Under the pieces are notes generated by a model. The model was not told where the DNA came from. It worked only from the letters and a program-made list of their open reading frames with translations, and searched no databases. Shown here one piece after another: positions 19,472 to 28,751 of a DNA stretch of 64,000 nucleotides. The position numbers and the translations under genes were made by a program. Position 1 is the stretch's first letter; each line of letters opens with the position of its first letter. The stretch comes from an uncultured Methanolobus sp. (GTDB lineage: Archaea; Halobacteriota; Methanosarcinia; Methanosarcinales; Methanosarcinaceae): positions 1,248,001 to 1,312,000 of the forward strand of contig OY776215.1 of NCBI GenBank assembly GCA_963675495.1. The letters run 5' to 3'.

Positions 19472-19898
19472 GCCTTCCAATTTATCCTTGCATATTCATG
19501 AGTTTACCCAAAAGTTGAAGAGCATTTAAATTAAATGTGATATACAAATATTTAGGGTGGTAAACACTAAAGTGATTTTGAGAGGCTCTTAAATAAATAA
19601 ACACATATTTCATGATTATTCACAGCCGCATAAATATTTATATATCAACCCCCTGAAATAAGTATTAGGGAATTTTATTACATGGAGGCATTTTCTAAAG
19701 GCTGGAAAAATCACATCAAATCTAAAAAAGGCATTAAATTGTTAGTTGGTTTCATTGAGCTGCAAACACTCCATATTTAAGTTATCGTCTTTCTGTGCAG
19801 GAGTTTAAGACAATTCAGGGATTTATTCATATGAGTGGTCGTGCAGTTAGCTACATCATTCCGAGCGTAACTATCATTAGCAATAAAGCAAAGTGACG

Positions 19899-19961
19899 CA
19901 ATATAATAATATATAGCAATATAATAATAGATAACAATATAATAATAGATAACAATATAAT
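19899..19961 (+). repeat. 18-bp tandem repeat, about 3.5 copies
   Basis: CAATATAATAATA(T/G)ATA(G/A) at 19899, 19917 and 19935, partial at 19953. Confidence 0.85.
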
Positions 19962-19979
19962 GTGGTGTTAATTAAAAAA

Positions 19980-21590
19980 ATGAAAACAAAAGACAATAGC
20001 CCAAAAACAAAGCCTGATAATAACGATTATCAGAAGGAAATAAGGGAACTGAAAGAAAAAACAAATGAACTGGGTGCCAGATTAAAGGCGGCCGAATCTA
20101 AAGCTAAAGAAGTTGAAGAATTCTACACTGAAAGACTCAACAACCTCAATGATGTGCTTTTTTCAGTTGACACCGAGGGTTATTTCACATATATTAACCC
20201 GGCAATCAAAAATATAACCGGCTATGACATAAAAGAAGTTCTGGGAACTCATTTTACAAAGCATGTGCATCCTGACGATATTCGCGGACTGCTTGAAGAT
20301 ATAGAAAAAACAGTATCCGGAGAACATAAACCATATATGTTCAGAATAGTCAAAAAAGATGGCTCAATAAGTTACGTACATACAACATCCCGCCCCATAA
20401 TCAAAAATGGAGATTTCATAGGCATTAACGGGCTTATGGTCGATATAGCCAGACTGAAACAGATAGAGTTCAAACTCAAAGAAGAAAGAGACAGGGCACA
20501 AAAGTATCTTGACATTGTCGGAGTTATCATCTTTGCCATGGACAGGGAAGGTAAGATCAAACTAATTAACAAAAAAGGCGGGGAACTGTTTGGGTGTTCC
20601 GAATTAGAACTTATTTCAAAGAACTGGTTTGATTTATCAGTGCCTGATAACTTAAAGGAAAAAGCTAAAAGTGACTATTCAAAACTGATGGACGGAAAAA
20701 TAAAACTTCGCCCTTATTTTGAGGCTCCCAGCCAAATAAAAGATGAAATAAAGATCTTTGCCTGGCATAATATTCTTCTAAAAGATGACGATGGGAATAT
20801 TACAGGTGTACTGGCATCAGGAGAAGATATCACTGACCGAAGAAATGCTGAGGAAGCACTTGTTTTTGCTAAATTGATATCAGATAATGCACATCGTACT
20901 AAAAGACAATTCCTTGCCAATGTCAGCCATGAACTAAGGACACCCCTAAACCTTATAATCGGATATTCTGACCTGCTTTACGAAGAGTATGCCGGGCCCA
21001 TAAGTGAAGGGCAGAAACAATACCTCGGCGTTATCAAACAAAGCGGTAACCGCTTGCTCCTTCTAGTCAACTCCATGATAGAACTATCTGCTGTTGAAGA
21101 AGGAGACAAGGAACTTGAAGTAAAAGAGTTTTCTATTCCTGCGATAATCGAAGATGTAAAGAACTCAACATTGCCAATGGCAAAAAAGAAGAAAATAAAC
21201 CTGGAATTCAAGCTTGAAGAAGATATAAAGACCATAAATGCTGATGAAAATAAAATAAAAACAGTTCTTTATAACCTTATAAGCAACGCAATAAAGTTTA
21301 CACCCGAATCTGGAGATATCAAAGTTAGTGTGTCAAAGGATGAGCAAATGTTAAAGGCCTCTATTAAAGACACAGGTATTGGTATGGAAAGATCAGATAT
21401 GGATAAATTATTCCAGCCATTCTCACAAATTGATTCCTCACTCACTCGTAAATTTGAAGGAGTAGGCATTGGACTCATAATTGTTAAAGAATTCGTGGAA
21501 ATGCATGGTGGAAGCATTCAGGTTGAAAGCGAGATAAACAAGGGAAGTAATTTTACTTTTATGATTCCGATGTCCCGGGAAGAACATTAG
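19980..21590 (+). CDS. Cytoplasmic PAS-PAS sensor histidine kinase
   Basis: N-terminal coiled coil, two PAS domains, H-box SHELRTPL, N-box NLISNAIKFT, G-boxes DTGIG and GVGIGL. Confidence 0.92.
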   Translation: MKTKDNSPKTKPDNNDYQKEIRELKEKTNELGARLKAAESKAKEVEEFYTERLNNLNDVLFSVDTEGYFTYINPAIKNITGYDIKEVLGTHFTKHVHPDDIRGLLEDIEKTVSGEHKPYMFRIVKKDGSISYVHTTSRPIIKNGDFIGINGLMVDIARLKQIEFKLKEERDRAQKYLDIVGVIIFAMDREGKIKLINKKGGELFGCSELELISKNWFDLSVPDNLKEKAKSDYSKLMDGKIKLRPYFEAPSQIKDEIKIFAWHNILLKDDDGNITGVLASGEDITDRRNAEEALVFAKLISDNAHRTKRQFLANVSHELRTPLNLIIGYSDLLYEEYAGPISEGQKQYLGVIKQSGNRLLLLVNSMIELSAVEEGDKELEVKEFSIPAIIEDVKNSTLPMAKKKKINLEFKLEEDIKTINADENKIKTVLYNLISNAIKFTPESGDIKVSVSKDEQMLKASIKDTGIGMERSDMDKLFQPFSQIDSSLTRKFEGVGIGLIIVKEFVEMHGGSIQVESEINKGSNFTFMIPMSREEH

Positions 21591-21613
21591 ATCGTCTTTT
21601 ATCAGATGTCCTT

Positions 21614-21675
21614 TTACTTAACTGCAGTTCCATAAGCAAGTAACTCGGCTGCACGCCCATTGTAGTTACGATCAT
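21614..21675 (-). pseudogene. Internally deleted remnant of a YbjQ (UPF0145) family gene
   Basis: RBS GAGGG then ATG ATC GTA ACT ACA (MIVTT, YbjQ N-terminus), joined out of frame to AAELLAYGTAVK-stop (YbjQ C-terminus). Confidence 0.7.
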
Positions 21676-21689
21676 CCATGCCCTCATCA

Positions 21690-23432
21690 TTATTGTTTTT
21701 TCAATGTGAAAACAAAAACACTTCCTTTACCTAATTCACTCCGTACCGTTATTGTTCCGCTCTGGCCCTCTATAATGCCTTTGACAATTGACAGGCCAAG
21801 GCCAGTTCCTCCAACCTTACGAGTGGACGTACTGTCGATCTGGTAAAATTTATCGAATATCCTTTCAAGCTCCTCAGGAGCAATCCCAATTCCGTTGTCA
21901 CTTACGGTTATTTTTACACTGTCATCAGCATCATCAACATCTATTGTGACTATACTATCATTATTACTGAATTTTACAGCGTTGTTCAAAAGATTCACAA
22001 ATACCTGAACAAGTTTATCCTTATCAGTATTAATCAGAGAAAGATCATCAGGAACATTCACTAAGATACTCATGTCTTTCTCCCTGATGATAGTGTCAAG
22101 CACCTCAAGAGAAACGTTTATAGCATCCTTGATATCAACCAGTTCCCTATGGAATTTCATGCGGTTGGATTCAATTCGGGAAACATCGAGAAGGTCATCA
22201 ACCATCCGGGATTGACGGTCAATGTTCCTTATGATAATATCAAGCATCTGACGCCTTAGAGAAACGTCACAAGTACCATCCTCCCGCAGGAATTCACTTG
22301 ATGTTCTCATGGCAGTTAGTGGAGTCTTAAGCTCATGGGAAACAATTGAGAGGAATTCAGTCTTTAACCTGTCAAGCTCCTTGAGTTTTTTGTTTGCTGT
22401 TCTTAGAGAATCATTTGACTCCTTGAGTTCCTGGGTCTTGTCATCGACCTCCTTTTCAAGACTTTTGCTCCAGTTGAAGAAAATAATAACAATGAACGAG
22501 CTCACAAAAATAATAAATAGAACTGAAACAGCAACCACAATGAACAATTTAAGGTAAACCGACACGATGAGCCTGTCAACTTCAGAGGAAGGACTGGTGA
22601 GCGCCAGTGACCATTTCTGATTGTACCAGTTAATAGGAGAATATGATACGAGTCTTTCCTCAACTAAACTATGATTGTCCATAACGAGATACTTACCACT
22701 TCCATCCGTTCCATTAACCTGTTTTGAAATGATATCAAGCAATCCCGAAGAATCCGAACCTAAAAGTTCAGCATAGCTGGTACCTCTTTCATATTTCCCA
22801 GACTCATCATAGAGCAATCTTCCCCGGTCATCAAGAAGGTATGCATAACTCGATGAATTGGACTCTACCACATAGCGGCTCTTAAGGTCAGCTTCCCTTA
22901 TAATAGCAATGAAGGCGCCTCTAAACTCATCCCCTTCATATACAGGAACCCAGATAAAAGAACCATAGTTGCCTTCCATAAGCTTTAAAGGTTCTGTGAT
23001 GTAGACATCCCTGGTAGCCTTTATGCGTTCAAAGGCACGGTTCTGGTCATCCTCATAAAGATTTAAACCAATGGGTACATGTTCTTCAGGATAGCCTGAA
23101 ACGATTGTCCCGTCCTCAGAGACATATTCCACCACATAGAACATTCCTGCAACATCATAGACACTCTTAAGGTCCGATGCAAAATTGTCTGGCGGAACAC
23201 CAGTATCTTTCTTTGCGATAACCTCTAGTAGCAAAACCTTCTCATTGAGGGATCTTTCTATGCTATCAGATATCTGACGGGTTAATAGCAGTTGCTGGTT
23301 CTGGTATTGTTCTTCGACTACAGACCGTACCTCCATATTTGTCTTCATCCAGAGGAAGACTATGGAACTTATCAAAAGCAGGACTACAGCAGCAAAAAGA
23401 ATTAGATTCCATCTGCTTTTTTGGTTCCACAT
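21690..23432 (-). CDS. Membrane histidine kinase with extracellular dCache domain (LtrK-like architecture)
   Basis: Two TM helices flanking a Cache-like region (YITEP, YAYLLDDRG, W.LAL); SHELKTPL; NLLNNAVKFS; GTGLGL. Confidence 0.9.
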   Translation of the reverse strand: MWNQKSRWNLILFAAVVLLLISSIVFLWMKTNMEVRSVVEEQYQNQQLLLTRQISDSIERSLNEKVLLLEVIAKKDTGVPPDNFASDLKSVYDVAGMFYVVEYVSEDGTIVSGYPEEHVPIGLNLYEDDQNRAFERIKATRDVYITEPLKLMEGNYGSFIWVPVYEGDEFRGAFIAIIREADLKSRYVVESNSSSYAYLLDDRGRLLYDESGKYERGTSYAELLGSDSSGLLDIISKQVNGTDGSGKYLVMDNHSLVEERLVSYSPINWYNQKWSLALTSPSSEVDRLIVSVYLKLFIVVAVSVLFIIFVSSFIVIIFFNWSKSLEKEVDDKTQELKESNDSLRTANKKLKELDRLKTEFLSIVSHELKTPLTAMRTSSEFLREDGTCDVSLRRQMLDIIIRNIDRQSRMVDDLLDVSRIESNRMKFHRELVDIKDAINVSLEVLDTIIREKDMSILVNVPDDLSLINTDKDKLVQVFVNLLNNAVKFSNNDSIVTIDVDDADDSVKITVSDNGIGIAPEELERIFDKFYQIDSTSTRKVGGTGLGLSIVKGIIEGQSGTITVRSELGKGSVFVFTLKKQ

Positions 23433-23449
23433 GTATCAATTGGAAATTA

Positions 23450-23965
23450 TTAAATGTCCTGATTTCTCCTCAGGATCATTTTTATACGTGCTTTCAATTC
23501 TTTCAGGTTGAACGGCTTGGTCACATAATCATCAGCACCAAGTTCAATTCCTTCAACCTTGTCATCAACTTCTCCGCGTGCAGTGAGCATAATGACAGGA
23601 ATGTGATTATATGTTACATCGGATTTTAGTTGCCTGCATACTTCAAAACCATCAATTCCGGGAATCATAAGATCAAGCAATATAACGTCGGGTATTTCAG
23701 AATGTACCTTTTCTATAGCCTCATACCCGTCTTTTGCCTCTACAATGTTATATCCTTCAGCTTCTAATGCTACTTTCAGGGCCAACAGAGCATCCATCTC
23801 ATCATCAACTATGAGGACCTTTTGCCGTATATCCGACATGGTTTTTAGCGTATCCTCAACAAGCGACCTGGAAACTGATAATTTATCTGAGATTTCCCCG
23901 CTAGTTATCCCAGGGTTCTCTTCCAGAAGTGAAAGAATCTTCTCATTAATGTTTTCTGAATGCAT
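23450..23965 (-). CDS. Response regulator with N-terminal wHTH and C-terminal REC domain (LtrR-like architecture)
   Basis: ILSLLEENPGITSGEISDKLSVSRS HTH; VLIVDDE, LLDLMIP, LTA and KPF receiver motifs; co-oriented with the kinase. Confidence 0.9.
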   Translation of the reverse strand: MHSENINEKILSLLEENPGITSGEISDKLSVSRSLVEDTLKTMSDIRQKVLIVDDEMDALLALKVALEAEGYNIVEAKDGYEAIEKVHSEIPDVILLDLMIPGIDGFEVCRQLKSDVTYNHIPVIMLTARGEVDDKVEGIELGADDYVTKPFNLKELKARIKMILRRNQDI

Positions 23966-24057
23966 GATAATTCTACCTGAAACAAGCTCATAAAATATAG
24001 AAGAATGATATTATTAAAACCTTTCTAAATATGAAAGAGTTTCTGTTTTTGTAAACA

Positions 24058-24086
24058 ACTTGTCCGATAAAAGAAAATCTTATAAG
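24058..24086 (+). promoter_or_regulatory. Operator-like half site plus TATA box of the small HTH gene
   Basis: ACTTGTCCGATAAA (24058-24071) begins 21 nt before CTTATAAG, the same offset as the upstream site at 28688/28667. Confidence 0.45.
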
Positions 24087-24115
24087 CCATAACGGAATAC
24101 TTAGATAAGATATAA

Positions 24116-24397
24116 ATGGATGCGCTGGAAGAGATTTTTGGAAAAACGGCCCAGATGACAGTTCTGAAGAACCTTATTGCACACAAGGAAGAATCAACAT
24201 ATCTTTCAGGGATTGCAGACGAGACAGGATTGTCACACTCCAGCGTTGCAAGGGTAATAACACCACTCATCAAGAGTCACATTGTTATCGAAAAACCCCT
24301 TGGCAAGCAGATAAGGACATTCAGGTTGAATCTTGATCATGAAAAAACAAAACTTATACTTGAATTTTATAGCAACCTCAACAAGATAAAAGATTAA
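24116..24397 (+). CDS. Small winged-helix transcriptional regulator
   Basis: LEEIFGKTAQ..VL; YLSGIADETGLSHSSVARVI HTH; wing EKPLGKQIRTFRLN. Confidence 0.82.
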   Translation: MDALEEIFGKTAQMTVLKNLIAHKEESTYLSGIADETGLSHSSVARVITPLIKSHIVIEKPLGKQIRTFRLNLDHEKTKLILEFYSNLNKIKD

Positions 24398-25038
24398 GAG
24401 TCCGTTTCTTCGACCAAATAGACATCTTCCTGTTTTTCAGAGTTACTTAACATCTTTTTAGCAAAGCTTCCTGCAATATGTGCCAGCAGATTCAGCACAT
24501 GCATGGATGCCAGCCCTACAAATATACCTGAAACAGAAACAAGAATAGATTCCTGTAAGCTACTGGCAAAGCTCTCACCTACCAGGTAAAGAATTGGGTT
24601 GATCAACATACCTAATGTCAAAGATACCAAGAATGCCATAACTACAAGCGAAAATATTCCCAGCGGGAACTTCACTAACAGGAATAAGAGAGCCTTCCAG
24701 GTAACCGGACTCTTCACCCTGTATAAAGCCCTGCCAAGAATACTTTTTTCATTCACCGGTTTCAACGACATGGAAGGGATATCAATACCCAATAACCATA
24801 TTGCCATCTGGCGCTCAAATGATGCGATCTCCCACCATGCAAGAAAAACAAGCACTAGCACAGGAATGCCTATCCAGACAAGTAAAAGCCCGAAACCCAG
24901 TGACAGACCGGTAACCAGAAATACGAAATAAGCAGTGCCCAGTGGGAATGAGAATAGCAGATATAGAATATTCATGTAGGTCTGCTTCTTATAAGCAACC
25001 ATCACAAATTCCCGAAGAGCAGTCTCTATTTCAGCCAT
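24394..25038 (-). CDS. Stand-alone membrane 'putative sensor' domain protein (PF13796-like)
   Basis: YLLFSFPLG..YF..LVTG..LG..L..VWIG.P; ERQMA.WLLG..IP; TWKALLFLLVKFPLG; no kinase domain attached. Confidence 0.78.
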   Translation of the reverse strand: MAEIETALREFVMVAYKKQTYMNILYLLFSFPLGTAYFVFLVTGLSLGFGLLLVWIGIPVLVLVFLAWWEIASFERQMAIWLLGIDIPSMSLKPVNEKSILGRALYRVKSPVTWKALLFLLVKFPLGIFSLVVMAFLVSLTLGMLINPILYLVGESFASSLQESILVSVSGIFVGLASMHVLNLLAHIAGSFAKKMLSNSEKQEDVYLVEETDS

Positions 25039-25125
25039 TTGTTCGCCTCGTTTTTTATTATTTACAGGTGCTTTCCATTCCTTAAAGTTCTCTGATATTA
25101 TCTAATTATTCCTATTAACTGAAAT

Positions 25126-25362
25126 TTATTTGCCATACTCATCAATACGTTTTGGTCTTCTGACAAAGAAGTACACAAGGGCACCCAGAAGATGTGTGAA
25201 GATAATAACAATTATCCATATCAGTTTATCATTTCCTTCTGATGGTTCTTTGGTGGCACAATCAATAAGCATCCATAACCAGAACACAGTGCCAAGTATT
25301 CCTATTCCGAAGAAAGAGAAAAAAAGGATGAATGGAATTGAAAACGCAAGCATATCAAACAT
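25126..25362 (-). CDS. Small PLDc_N (YxlE-like) membrane protein
   Basis: FWLWMLIDC...NDKLIWIIVIIF..LLGALVYFF.RR. Confidence 0.8.
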   Translation of the reverse strand: MFDMLAFSIPFILFFSFFGIGILGTVFWLWMLIDCATKEPSEGNDKLIWIIVIIFTHLLGALVYFFVRRPKRIDEYGK

Positions 25363-25420
25363 TTTATATTCTCCTACATTTTTTTGTTATTTTAATTGAT
25401 AGTTACTCTAGTTACTTCGA

Positions 25421-26644
25421 TCATTCGTGTCGAAGAGCCTCTACGGGATTCATCCGGGCAGCTTTATTAGCAGGATATACACCTGCAAGCAAACCAACTA
25501 CCAACGACACAAGCATACCTATCAGTATCATGTCCACAGGAAATACGTAAGGAAGTCCCATTGCATTGTCTGCAAGGTAGGCACCGGCCACACCGAGACC
25601 AATCCCCAGTATGCCGCCAAGCAGCCCCACAACAATGGATTCCACCATGAAAAGGGATAGTATCTCATAGTTCTTGTATCCGAGGGACTTCATAATACCT
25701 ATCTCACCTGTCCTTTCAGTAACTGTAACCAGCATAATATTCATTATCCCGATGGAACCCACTATAAGGGATATCAATGCAACTGACGTGAGCAGTGAAC
25801 TCAGAGCAGAGGATAACTGGTCAACCTCTTCAAGAATCTCACCCTGATCCATTAGGGAATACGGTTTGGCATCTTCATTGTCCAGATCCCTGAAAGGAAC
25901 ACCAAGATCCCTGGCAAGTCTCTTATCAAGCTCATTGGTGACATCCCCTATTGACTCCAGGCTCGTGGCTGCTGCAAAGAATCCCCAATAATAATCCTGA
26001 TCCATAATCTCATTCATAGTTGAAATAGGAATGAAGATCCTTTCATCCGGCTCTATACCACTTTGCACGAATGTTGTTTCAGGGCTATCTACGATACCTT
26101 TGACCTTGAACTGTTTTGTAACGATCTCCCCATCAGGTCTTGTAAAGGTCAGTTCGATGGTGTTCTTGTCAGATATCTTGCGGTCGAACTTATCATACGC
26201 GACATCATGGCCAATAACTGCCACATACTTGTCCTTGTCATCGATGAATGTTCCACTTTCCATCTGGATATTGCCTACTTCCTCATAATCCTCAGAAACA
26301 CCCTGAACAGTAATCTGCCGCATGGTGGAAATGTACTTTACCTGAGCTACTTCCTGACTCAAAGGAGATACACCCACGATACCCGGCGTATTCTTCACAA
26401 GCTCCATTTCATCATCATGGAACAAGTTTGAGGTCTTGCCTTCAATTATAATGAAATTGTTCCCTACAGAACCTATCTCTTCGGTAAAGTACTGGTTGAA
26501 ACTGGCTCCCAGTGATACATTGGCAATGACAGCAGCCACACCTATAACAATACCAAGTGTTGTCAATGCAGATCTAAGTTTTGAACTGCTTATACTCGCT
26601 ATTGCCATCCTGAAGGAATGTTTCAGACTCAGCATGATGTTCAC
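25421..26644 (-). CDS. MacB/FtsX-type ABC permease (module 1)
   Basis: KLRSALTTLGIVIGVAAV; GSIGIMNIMLVTVTERT.EIG; GVYPA.KAA.MNPVEALR. Confidence 0.93.
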   Translation of the reverse strand: MNIMLSLKHSFRMAIASISSSKLRSALTTLGIVIGVAAVIANVSLGASFNQYFTEEIGSVGNNFIIIEGKTSNLFHDDEMELVKNTPGIVGVSPLSQEVAQVKYISTMRQITVQGVSEDYEEVGNIQMESGTFIDDKDKYVAVIGHDVAYDKFDRKISDKNTIELTFTRPDGEIVTKQFKVKGIVDSPETTFVQSGIEPDERIFIPISTMNEIMDQDYYWGFFAAATSLESIGDVTNELDKRLARDLGVPFRDLDNEDAKPYSLMDQGEILEEVDQLSSALSSLLTSVALISLIVGSIGIMNIMLVTVTERTGEIGIMKSLGYKNYEILSLFMVESIVVGLLGGILGIGLGVAGAYLADNAMGLPYVFPVDMILIGMLVSLVVGLLAGVYPANKAARMNPVEALRHE

Positions 26645-26645
26645 C

Positions 26646-27881
26646 TTAGTTGTTCTGCTTCCTGCGCTTCATGAATATAACTGCAGGAATTCCAAGCAAT
26701 ACTGCAAGTCCGATACCTGCCGTTGCAATGTGTCCATTATTTCCTTCCTCTTCATTTATGAGTTTAAGTTCACGGACAGCAACTTCGGTATTATGCTCAT
26801 TTATGCCGTTCCTGTAATCAACCGTGATAGTGACCGGAACAGATGATTCCTGAATGTCGGCTTTTGCATCCACCTCTATGGTGAAGAGTTCATCGGAATC
26901 CATTGAACCGACAAAGTATTCCTCCGGAGAGAAATCGACTCCATCTGCAATCAATTTCACGCTTACGGAACTAAGGGTATTAGGATGCATATTGGCAACG
27001 TCGAATTCAAGAGTACCCTCACCATTTACAAGTTCCATTGGTTTTGAAGGTATAACCTTTACAGATGCGGAATCAACCTTTACAGGAATTCTCCAGTTAT
27101 TGTTGTAGGTATGGGAATTGCCCACCATAGCGAAATCCAGATAGTAGGTACCATCCTTTGCATCATCTGTCAGCTCAATATTGTAACTTAGAGTAATGGA
27201 ATCACCCGGACCAATTACGCCGGAACCTACATAGCTGTCACTTGTTACATCGATACCTTCGACACCTTTGAGAGTACCCGATTGGACACGTGCGTTGGTA
27301 TCATAGTCCACATCATCAATGGTCACTGAACTTTCAGTTGCCGTGTTTGCGAGAGTGAAGCTTACAGTGCCAACATCCCCCGGCATAAAAACAACCGGAT
27401 CACAGGATATCTCTGTAAGCTCTATAGTTCCCTTGCTATCAAATGTGCTTGAGCCAACGTTTAGATCAAAGGAAGATTTGTACCATGAACCACCTTTGTA
27501 TACCTGATAATAGACATCCACCGTGCCGGTGCCTACCTTTGCATTCTCGTCCACATAAAGGCGATATTCATGGACTGCTGCATCCTCAGGAGAGAGTATA
27601 CCTATAAATTCCACTGCATTGTTCTGCGAATCAAGTGAAAATGGGTATTCAGGCTCCATCTTCAAGGAAACTGCATCTGCACGGCCATAGCCGATATTCT
27701 CTATTTTTACACTCACATCAACATATTCCCCGATCTGAGCAGGGAATGGATCATACTCAATTATATTGACTTTCATCGTAGCAGCAGAAGCTGCTGAAAC
27801 AGGTGCTATGAAAGAAGTACTCAACATAGCGACACAAATTAAAATGTAAAATGTTTTCTGGATAACATTATTAACTTTCAT
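26646..27881 (-). CDS. COG1361 S-layer-domain family membrane-anchored protein (module 1)
   Basis: Signal peptide; YDP.PA.IGEYV.V..KIEN; P.VFMPGD.GT; YFVGSMDSDE; C-terminal TM plus KRRK. Confidence 0.8.
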   Translation of the reverse strand: MKVNNVIQKTFYILICVAMLSTSFIAPVSAASAATMKVNIIEYDPFPAQIGEYVDVSVKIENIGYGRADAVSLKMEPEYPFSLDSQNNAVEFIGILSPEDAAVHEYRLYVDENAKVGTGTVDVYYQVYKGGSWYKSSFDLNVGSSTFDSKGTIELTEISCDPVVFMPGDVGTVSFTLANTATESSVTIDDVDYDTNARVQSGTLKGVEGIDVTSDSYVGSGVIGPGDSITLSYNIELTDDAKDGTYYLDFAMVGNSHTYNNNWRIPVKVDSASVKVIPSKPMELVNGEGTLEFDVANMHPNTLSSVSVKLIADGVDFSPEEYFVGSMDSDELFTIEVDAKADIQESSVPVTITVDYRNGINEHNTEVAVRELKLINEEEGNNGHIATAGIGLAVLLGIPAVIFMKRRKQNN

Positions 27882-27893
27882 TCTAAACCACCC

Positions 27894-28595
27894 TCAATTA
27901 TTTCCGATATAGCCATCTCTGATGTAGACCACCCTGTCTACATACTGTTCCATTTCAGGATCATGCGTGATCATCACTATAGTACACCCTTTTTTGTGAA
28001 GGTCTGAAAATATATTCATGATCTCTGCACTTGTCTTTGAATCCAGGTTTCCGGTAGGTTCATCAGCAAGTATGAGCGAAGGATCATTTACTAGTGACCG
28101 GGCAATGGCAACTCTCTGCCTTTGCCCCCCTGATAATTCCGGAGGCCTGTGCCCCATACGATCATCAAGACCTACGAGTTTTAGCAGGTCTTTGCCTCGC
28201 CGGACTGTGTCCACTCCTTTCTTTGAATTGGAATACGTGGGCAGCATTACATTCTCGTAGGCACTCAGGCGTGGGATGAGATTAAAATTCTGGAAAACGA
28301 AACCGATCTCAAAACCCCGAAGCTCTGCAAGTTCGTTATCGGAAATGGAACTGATATCCTTGCCCATGAGTACGACCTTACCCCCGGTAGGCCTGTCAAG
28401 ACAGCCTATCATATTCATCAGGGTACTTTTTCCCGATCCGGACGGACCCATGATAGCAACGAATTCTCCTTTTCTGATACACAGGTCTATCCCATGCAGG
28501 ATAGGTACTTCCATATCACCAAGGAAATAACTCTTTTTCAGGTCCGAGATATTAATGACATTCATATCATCGGAAGCATCATTGTGATCAACCAT
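27894..28595 (-). CDS. MacB/LolD-type ABC ATPase (module 1)
   Basis: Walker A GPSGSGKST; LSGGQRQRVAIAR; ADEPTGNLD; ITHD. Confidence 0.95.
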   Translation of the reverse strand: MVDHNDASDDMNVINISDLKKSYFLGDMEVPILHGIDLCIRKGEFVAIMGPSGSGKSTLMNMIGCLDRPTGGKVVLMGKDISSISDNELAELRGFEIGFVFQNFNLIPRLSAYENVMLPTYSNSKKGVDTVRRGKDLLKLVGLDDRMGHRPPELSGGQRQRVAIARSLVNDPSLILADEPTGNLDSKTSAEIMNIFSDLHKKGCTIVMITHDPEMEQYVDRVVYIRDGYIGNN

Positions 28596-28619
28596 TTATA
28601 CACACCTCTATTTGCACCA

Positions 28620-28688
28620 ACTTGACTATTTATCGTCAAGTCGTACTATGTGAAGCAAATATTTAAACCTTACTATTTATCGACAAGT
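28620..28688 (-). promoter_or_regulatory. Module 1 promoter: TATA box flanked by two ACTTGAC-N8-GTCAAGT-type operators
   Basis: Perfect palindrome ACTTGAC-TATTTATC-GTCAAGT at 28620-28641; related copy ACCTTAC-TATTTATC-GACAAGT at 28667-28688; TTTAAATA on the minus strand at 28667-28660. Confidence 0.75.
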
Positions 28689-28751
28689 GTGTTTATCAAA
28701 ATACCTTTGATTATAAACAACTAAAAAGAGATTTAAAAACTCAGCGCACGA

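Noticed and set aside
19682-19780. 32-codon ORF MEAFSKGWKNH...
   Set aside because: No SD or suitable promoter spacing; no motif
19899-19961. Possible mini-CRISPR
   Set aside because: Contiguous 18-bp units with no spacers and no cas genes
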